From Pseudomonadota bacterium (GTDB lineage: Bacteria; Pseudomonadota; Alphaproteobacteria; Rhodobacterales; Rhodobacteraceae), in NCBI GenBank assembly GCA_039821195.1, contig JBCBON010000007.1, forward strand, positions 91 to 64,090: a DNA stretch of 64,000 nt, given 5' to 3'. This document shows positions 59,086 to 64,000 of the stretch, in pieces. Under the pieces are notes generated by a model that worked only from the letters and a program-made list of their open reading frames with translations, was not told the DNA's origin and made no database searches. Numbering within the stretch: the first letter of the stretch is position 1; each line of letters opens with the position of its first letter. The position numbers and the translations under genes are program-made.

Positions 59086-60284
59086 TGCTCACATTTGTAA
59101 TCGAAATTCTGGTGGCAGTAGCTGCATTTGGCATGTTGGCCCGGTCTGCAACGCAGACGAATTGGCGCGACTCGAGCATGGGAAACGCGATCGGTTTTGG
59201 TCTGGCCTTCCTCATTCTGGCTTACCTTTGCTACGTCTATTTCGGCGTGCGTGGGCAATTTGTTCGCTGGCTCATCCAAGGCGTGGTGATTGCCGGCATT
59301 GCCGGGTTTATATTCAAAAAAATTGGCGAGTTTGTCGGAACAGAAGGTAGTCGCAAAATCTTTCGGTCTATGCCTGTGACGGCCGCCTTCGGCATTCTGA
59401 CAATCCTAATCTACGCATTTGTTGCGATCTTTGCGAATGTGCTGGCACCTTACGGCGAAGAACAGATTTTTGAAGGCGTGTTCAACACATTGCCAGGGGG
59501 AGATCCGGCGACGGGCGGCGATCCTCGCTTCCCGCTGGGCACTGATCAGCTTGGCCGCGATTTGCTATCCCGTTTGATTTATGGCGCACGGAATACTGTA
59601 GGCATTGCTTTCATTACCACTTGTTTGACCTTCTTGTTGGGAGCAACCTTTGGCTTTTTGGCAGCGATTTTGGGTGGGTGGTTCGACCAGATTGTCAGCC
59701 GTATCGTCGACGCATTGATGGCGATCCCTCAGCTGATCTTTGCTCTTTTGTTGATGACAGCTGCCACGACGATCGCCCTGAACATGGCGGCTGATGGACC
59801 TGTGCGTTTCCTCGGTTTTATCGAGGTTGAAGGACGAACGCTTGTCACGATCTTTATGGTGATCATCATCGCGGTTCTCGACAGCACCCGGGTGTTTCGC
59901 TTATCTCGTGCCGTTGGGCAGAACATCGTCGTTATGGACTATATTGAAGCGGCCAAACTGCGTGGAGAGCGCTTGAGCTATCTTGTGTTTAAGGAAATCC
60001 TGCCGAACGCATACGCGCCTCTGCTTGCTGAATTCGGTTTGCGCTTCTGTTTTGTGTTCCTGACGATTGCGGCGCTGTCGTTCCTTGGCATCGGTATTCA
60101 GCCGCCACTTGCCGATTGGGGAACGATGGTGCGTGATCTTTCGCAGTTTATCAACTTTGCAGCATTCTCTCCACTTGCCGCCGCGTTGCCTTTGTTGGCG
60201 GCTGGTGCGATCGCTCTTCTGACGATTGCGGTGAACTTCGTGGTGGACTGGATGCTACATCGCTCTTCCGGCTTGAAGGAATAA
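59085..60284 (+). CDS. ABC transporter permease, DppC/OppC-like, with hydrophobic N-terminal extension of about 100 aa
   Basis: 399 aa from the ATG at 59085, which overlaps the upstream stop (TAATG). The canonical core starts near FANVLAPYG. EAA loop YIEAAKLRGE. Confidence 0.8.
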   Translation: MLTFVIEILVAVAAFGMLARSATQTNWRDSSMGNAIGFGLAFLILAYLCYVYFGVRGQFVRWLIQGVVIAGIAGFIFKKIGEFVGTEGSRKIFRSMPVTAAFGILTILIYAFVAIFANVLAPYGEEQIFEGVFNTLPGGDPATGGDPRFPLGTDQLGRDLLSRLIYGARNTVGIAFITTCLTFLLGATFGFLAAILGGWFDQIVSRIVDALMAIPQLIFALLLMTAATTIALNMAADGPVRFLGFIEVEGRTLVTIFMVIIIAVLDSTRVFRLSRAVGQNIVVMDYIEAAKLRGERLSYLVFKEILPNAYAPLLAEFGLRFCFVFLTIAALSFLGIGIQPPLADWGTMVRDLSQFINFAAFSPLAAALPLLAAGAIALLTIAVNFVVDWMLHRSSGLKE

Positions 60285-60287
60285 TCC

Positions 60288-61955
60288 ATGGCAGATCGCA
60301 GCGGGACACCTCTTTTGAAAATTCGCGGCCTTAAGATTGAGGGCCGATCCGACGAAACCTGGACACAGATTGTCAATGGTGTGGATCTAGACCTAAATCG
60401 CGGAGAGGTACTGGGACTGATTGGTGAATCTGGCGCGGGCAAATCCACAATCGGCTTGGCCGCAATGGGCTTTACCCGCGATGGGTGCCGGATTTCCGGA
60501 GGCTCAGTTGAATTCGATGGCATCGATCTGGTTGGCGCATCTTTGGCGAAAAAGCGGTCCCTACTGGGAAAAAGGATTGCTTATGTCGCGCAGTCAGCAG
60601 CCGCCAGTTTTAATCCGGCCCACAAGATTATCGACCAACATACCGAAGCGCCGGTCCAGCATGATGTGGATAATCGCGCCAACTCTCAGAAAGACGCAAT
60701 GGAGTTGTACCACAAACTCCGTCTGCCGAACCCGGACGAGATTGGCTTTCGCTATCCTCACCAAGTGTCAGGCGGGCAACTGCAGCGCGCCATGACCGCC
60801 ATGGCGATGTCTTGCCGTCCAGATCTGATTATTTTTGATGAGCCCACGACAGCCCTCGATGTGACAACACAAATCGAAGTTTTGGCCGCAATCCGTGACA
60901 TCGTGGAACAGTTTGATACCGCCGCGATTTACATCACCCATGATTTGGCGGTCGTTGCTCAAATGGCTGATAAAATCAAAGTGCTGCTCAAAGGCAATGA
61001 AGTCGAAGAGGCTGAGACTCGCAAAATGCTGACCGAACCCAAAGAGCAATATACCAAGTCTCTCTGGGCTGTGCGCAGTTTCCAACGGGATGAGAAACCT
61101 GCGCCCGCCAAAGATGCAACACCGGTGATTTCGGTGGAAGGTGTCGATGGTGCTTATGGTCCTGTTCAGGTTCTTTGGGACGTCAGCTTTGATATTCACG
61201 AAAGTCATACCGTCGCCGTAGTGGGCGAGTCTGGGTCCGGAAAGTCCACAACGGCACGTGTGATAACCGGGCTTCTGCCACCTATGAAAGGTGTCATTAA
61301 GCTCGATGGTAAGGCACTTCCGTTGGATTACCGCAGACGTTCCAAGGACCAGCTCCGCCAGATTCAGATGATCTATCAGATGGCGGACACGGCCCTGAAC
61401 CCACGGAAAACCATCGGAGAGATCATTGGCCGTCCAGTAGAGTTCTATATGGGGCTCAAGGGACGTGCACGCAGAACGCGCGTTGAGGAGCTGTTGGATC
61501 AAATTGAGCTTGATCCTAAAACGTATATCGACCGTCTGCCTTCGGAATTGTCCGGGGGGCAAAAGCAGCGGATTGGGATTGCCCGCGCGCTTGCGGCAGA
61601 GCCAAAGTTCATCATTTGCGACGAGGTGACCTCTGCGCTTGATCAACTTGTTGCCGAAGGTATCCTCAAACTCCTAGCGCGTTTGCAAGATGAGTTGAAA
61701 CTTAGTTACATGTTTATCACGCATGATTTGGCTACGGTCCGCGCAATCGCGGACGAAGTCGTCGTGATGAAAGATGGGCGCGTTGTAGAGGCTGGACCTA
61801 AAGGTGAAATGTTCTCGCCCCCGCATCACCCCTATACGGATCTGTTGCTATCTTCCGTTCCGGAGATGGATCCAGACTGGCTCTCTAATCTTTTGAGCGA
61901 ACGCGGAACGGATAATATCGGAGATGCCGCCCTCGAAAAGATGGACGGCCAATAA
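60288..61955 (+). CDS. ABC transporter ATP-binding protein, fused double ATPase (DppD-DppF-like)
   Basis: 555 aa. Two Walker A motifs ([18 protein letters not shown]) and two signature motifs ([16 protein letters not shown]). Confidence 0.9.
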   Translation: MADRSGTPLLKIRGLKIEGRSDETWTQIVNGVDLDLNRGEVLGLIGESGAGKSTIGLAAMGFTRDGCRISGGSVEFDGIDLVGASLAKKRSLLGKRIAYVAQSAAASFNPAHKIIDQHTEAPVQHDVDNRANSQKDAMELYHKLRLPNPDEIGFRYPHQVSGGQLQRAMTAMAMSCRPDLIIFDEPTTALDVTTQIEVLAAIRDIVEQFDTAAIYITHDLAVVAQMADKIKVLLKGNEVEEAETRKMLTEPKEQYTKSLWAVRSFQRDEKPAPAKDATPVISVEGVDGAYGPVQVLWDVSFDIHESHTVAVVGESGSGKSTTARVITGLLPPMKGVIKLDGKALPLDYRRRSKDQLRQIQMIYQMADTALNPRKTIGEIIGRPVEFYMGLKGRARRTRVEELLDQIELDPKTYIDRLPSELSGGQKQRIGIARALAAEPKFIICDEVTSALDQLVAEGILKLLARLQDELKLSYMFITHDLATVRAIADEVVVMKDGRVVEAGPKGEMFSPPHHPYTDLLLSSVPEMDPDWLSNLLSERGTDNIGDAALEKMDGQ

Positions 61956-61995
61956 CTAGAAGACTGACATTAACTTGATCATCAACAGGGAGAAA

Positions 61996-63549
61996 ATGAT
62001 GACATTCCAATGGAACCGCCGCGGTGTCTTGAAAGCTGGCGCGGCAACAGTGGCGGCAACCGCCGTAGCCCCTACAGCCAAAGCGATGGGCGGAAAGCGC
62101 GGTGGACGTCTGCGTCTTGGTCTCGCAGGTGCAAACACATCTGACAGCTGGGACGGACGGACACATTCAGACAGCTTCATGATCATGTGTGCCCATGGCG
62201 CCGTGTTTGACTGTTTGACAGAGATCGGTGCTGACGGCCAGTTGAAGGGTGAATTGGCGGAAAGCTGGGAAGCGAGCGCAGACGCGAAAACGTGGACGTT
62301 CAACCTGCGTCAAGGCGTGACATTCCACAACGGCAAGCCGTTCACAGCCGATGACGTCATTGCATCGTTGAACATGCACACCGAGGAAGGGTCCAAGTCT
62401 GCGGCTCAACCGATTGTCGCTGCGATCCAAGAAATGAAAAAGATGGGCGATCACCAGATCCAGATGACGTTAGAATCTGGTAACGCGGACTTCCCATTCT
62501 TGCTGTCAGACTACCACATCCTGATCTACCCTGCGGGCCAGATCGACGAGGCGATTGCAAATGGTATCGGCACAGGCCTCTATAAGGTTGTCTCCTTCGA
62601 CCCTGGCGTTCGTTTTGTAGGTGAGCGTGTTGCAGATCACTACAAAGGTGATGAAGCTGGCTACTTCGACGAGGTTGAAGCGATTGCAATCAACGAAGCA
62701 TCCCCACGGATGAACGCGTTGATGACGGGTCAGGTTGATGTTGTGAACCGGGTGGATTTCGACACCGAGGCTCTGATGAAGGCCAACCCGAATGTTGAGA
62801 TCTTTGAGGTGACGGGTAACCAGCACTTCACGTTCCCAATGCTGACGAACTTGTCTCCATTTGACAATCTTCAGGTGCGTCGCGCGCTGAAGCACGCGAT
62901 CAACCGTCAAGAAATGGTGGACAAGATTTTGCAAGGTCATGGTGCTGTTGCAAACGATCACCCGATCGGACCAGCGAACCAGTTCTATGCCTCTGATCTG
63001 CCTCAGAACGAGTATGATCCAGAGCTTGCTAAATCCATTCTGGCAGACGCCGGGCTGGATGGACTGAGAGTGGACCTGTCGGCTGCAAACGCGGCTTTCC
63101 CAGGTGCGGTTGATGCCGCTCAGCTGTACCAAGCTGCAGCACGCCCAGCAGGCATCGAAATCAACGTGGTTCAGGAGCCGGATGATGGTTACTGGTCCAA
63201 CGTTTGGCTGAAGAAGCCGTGGTGTGCATGTTACTGGTCTGGTCGTGCGACAGAGGATTGGATGTTCTCAACTGCATATGAAACCGGTGTTCCATGGAAC
63301 GATACAGGTTGGGAAAATGCACGCTTCCAAGACCTTCTGCTTACAGCGCGTGCAGAACTCGATTCTGGCAAGCGTCGTGACATGTACACCGAAATGCAGG
63401 CACTTCTATCTGCAGAAGGTGGGTCGGTGATCCCGATGTATGCAAACTACGTCGACGCTAAATCTACTGCACTTTCCCATGGAGAGAACATCGGCAATAA
63501 CTTCCAGATGGATGGTTCCCGTCTGATGGAACGTTGGTGGTTCGCGTAA
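61996..63549 (+). CDS. Family 5 (peptide/nickel/opine type) ABC substrate-binding protein with Tat signal
   Basis: About 517 aa from the ATG at 61996 (GGGAG upstream). Twin-arginine signal NRRGVLKAGAATVAATAVAPTAKA and the size typical of an SBP_bac_5-type protein. Confidence 0.85.
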   Translation: MMTFQWNRRGVLKAGAATVAATAVAPTAKAMGGKRGGRLRLGLAGANTSDSWDGRTHSDSFMIMCAHGAVFDCLTEIGADGQLKGELAESWEASADAKTWTFNLRQGVTFHNGKPFTADDVIASLNMHTEEGSKSAAQPIVAAIQEMKKMGDHQIQMTLESGNADFPFLLSDYHILIYPAGQIDEAIANGIGTGLYKVVSFDPGVRFVGERVADHYKGDEAGYFDEVEAIAINEASPRMNALMTGQVDVVNRVDFDTEALMKANPNVEIFEVTGNQHFTFPMLTNLSPFDNLQVRRALKHAINRQEMVDKILQGHGAVANDHPIGPANQFYASDLPQNEYDPELAKSILADAGLDGLRVDLSAANAAFPGAVDAAQLYQAAARPAGIEINVVQEPDDGYWSNVWLKKPWCACYWSGRATEDWMFSTAYETGVPWNDTGWENARFQDLLLTARAELDSGKRRDMYTEMQALLSAEGGSVIPMYANYVDAKSTALSHGENIGNNFQMDGSRLMERWWFA

Positions 63550-63577
63550 ATTCGCGTAATTAACTGACGAGTGTTGA

Positions 63578-63606
63578 GGCCCCGGGTAACGCTCGGGGCC
63601 TTTTTT
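63578..63606 (+). terminator. Rho-independent terminator after the ABC transporter operon
   Basis: GGCCCCG-(9-nt loop)-CGGGGCC followed by TTTTTT, about 30 nt after the substrate-binding protein stop. Confidence 0.75.
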
Positions 63607-63616
63607 ATGCGATTGT

Positions 63617-63979
63617 TTATCGCTTCAGCGTTTTCTGGAGGACAGCCTTAAGCAGGTCGAGCTCGGCTTCCAAATGCGCAACTCTTTCGGACAGGTTCTC
63701 TGTATCGCCGCCACCCACAGAGATCGACACAGCATCTAGAACCGTTTCCGAGGCGGCATCCTTGATCAGAAGGATCGAAGGTGTCTGATCCAAGAGTGCT
63801 TCCGGTATGGTGAATTCAATGTCAAAGCAGTGTTCTGAACCGGAATGAGAAACAACAGCATCCATAAGCTTCGTTGAGCCGCGATAAACCTCGATCGAAG
63901 GGACTCCACCATTGGCAATGTAGCTGGCGCGATACGTTCCAGATTGAATGCTTTTGCGCGCGTATTCCATCTTAGGCAT
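63617..63979 (-). CDS. Hypothetical protein (small, C-terminal coiled-coil)
   Basis: 120-aa ORF with no recognisable motif. The C-terminal heptad-like segment reads LSERVAHLEAELDLLKAVLQKTL. Coding status rests on ORF length only. Confidence 0.35.
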   Translation of the reverse strand: MPKMEYARKSIQSGTYRASYIANGGVPSIEVYRGSTKLMDAVVSHSGSEHCFDIEFTIPEALLDQTPSILLIKDAASETVLDAVSISVGGGDTENLSERVAHLEAELDLLKAVLQKTLKR

Positions 63980-64000
63980 CCGCGCGACGCGCTTGGATAA

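Noticed and set aside
63541-63560. Tandem 10-nt duplication TTCGCGTAAA/TTCGCGTAAT, which duplicates the stop codon of the substrate-binding protein gene.
   Set aside because: It is real in the sequence but only two copies of a 10-mer. It most likely results from a slippage duplication, and I can argue no functional consequence.
1-64000. I searched for CRISPR arrays, rRNA and tRNA genes, IS elements, transposases, integrases, prophage genes, toxin-antitoxin pairs and known defence-system signatures.
   Set aside because: No candidate was found. There are no regularly spaced direct repeats and no tRNA-like T-arm sequence in any spacer longer than 100 nt. No recombinase or transposase motifs appear in any ORF. 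The accessory-looking genes here are glycosylation/envelope-type, not mobile or defence-type.

Overview
This window is a chromosomal core region of an alphaproteobacterium. The gene order looks Rhodobacterales/roseobacter-like, GC is moderate by eye, and gene packing is very tight. It is centred on the probable chromosomal replication origin.

Left of about 17 kb most genes are on the minus strand: parB, parA, rsmG, mnmG, mnmE, rho, hemJ. To the right they switch to the plus strand: maf, aroE, coaE, dnaQ. The AT-rich gap between hemJ and maf carries two perfect DnaA boxes and several near-consensus ones. Two perfect 16-bp parS palindromes sit inside rsmG and at the 5' end of mnmG.

Most of the rest is housekeeping: dnaJ 3' end, maeB, mutS, grpE-hrcA, rph-rdgB-hemW, secB, fxsA, Tim44-like, smr, rimP-nusA-ylxR-infB, map, radC, secA, a parvulin PPIase, argJ, mutT, hemH, comF, grxC, ubiG, pip and a Dpp/Opp-type ABC importer.

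I found no rRNA, tRNA, CRISPR array, transposase or integrase, and no recognisable defence system.

The accessory-looking content lies in three places:
- 22.3-30.6 kb. Seven co-directional minus-strand genes: two tandem RmlC-like cupins, a GT2 glycosyltransferase with an unassigned C-terminal half, a photolyase-like flavoprotein whose domains appear to be in swapped order, a polytopic membrane protein, a PAP2 phosphatase with a variant motif, and an MFS transporter. A CDGSH iron-sulfur protein plus secreted SNase-like nuclease pair is transcribed divergently from them.
- 43.8-45.4 kb. A GT-C-like polytopic membrane protein wedged between radC and secA.
- 50.9-52.0 kb. An orphan ORF with fucosyltransferase-like motifs.

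All functional calls come from reading the translated ORFs and motifs by eye. No database search was run.
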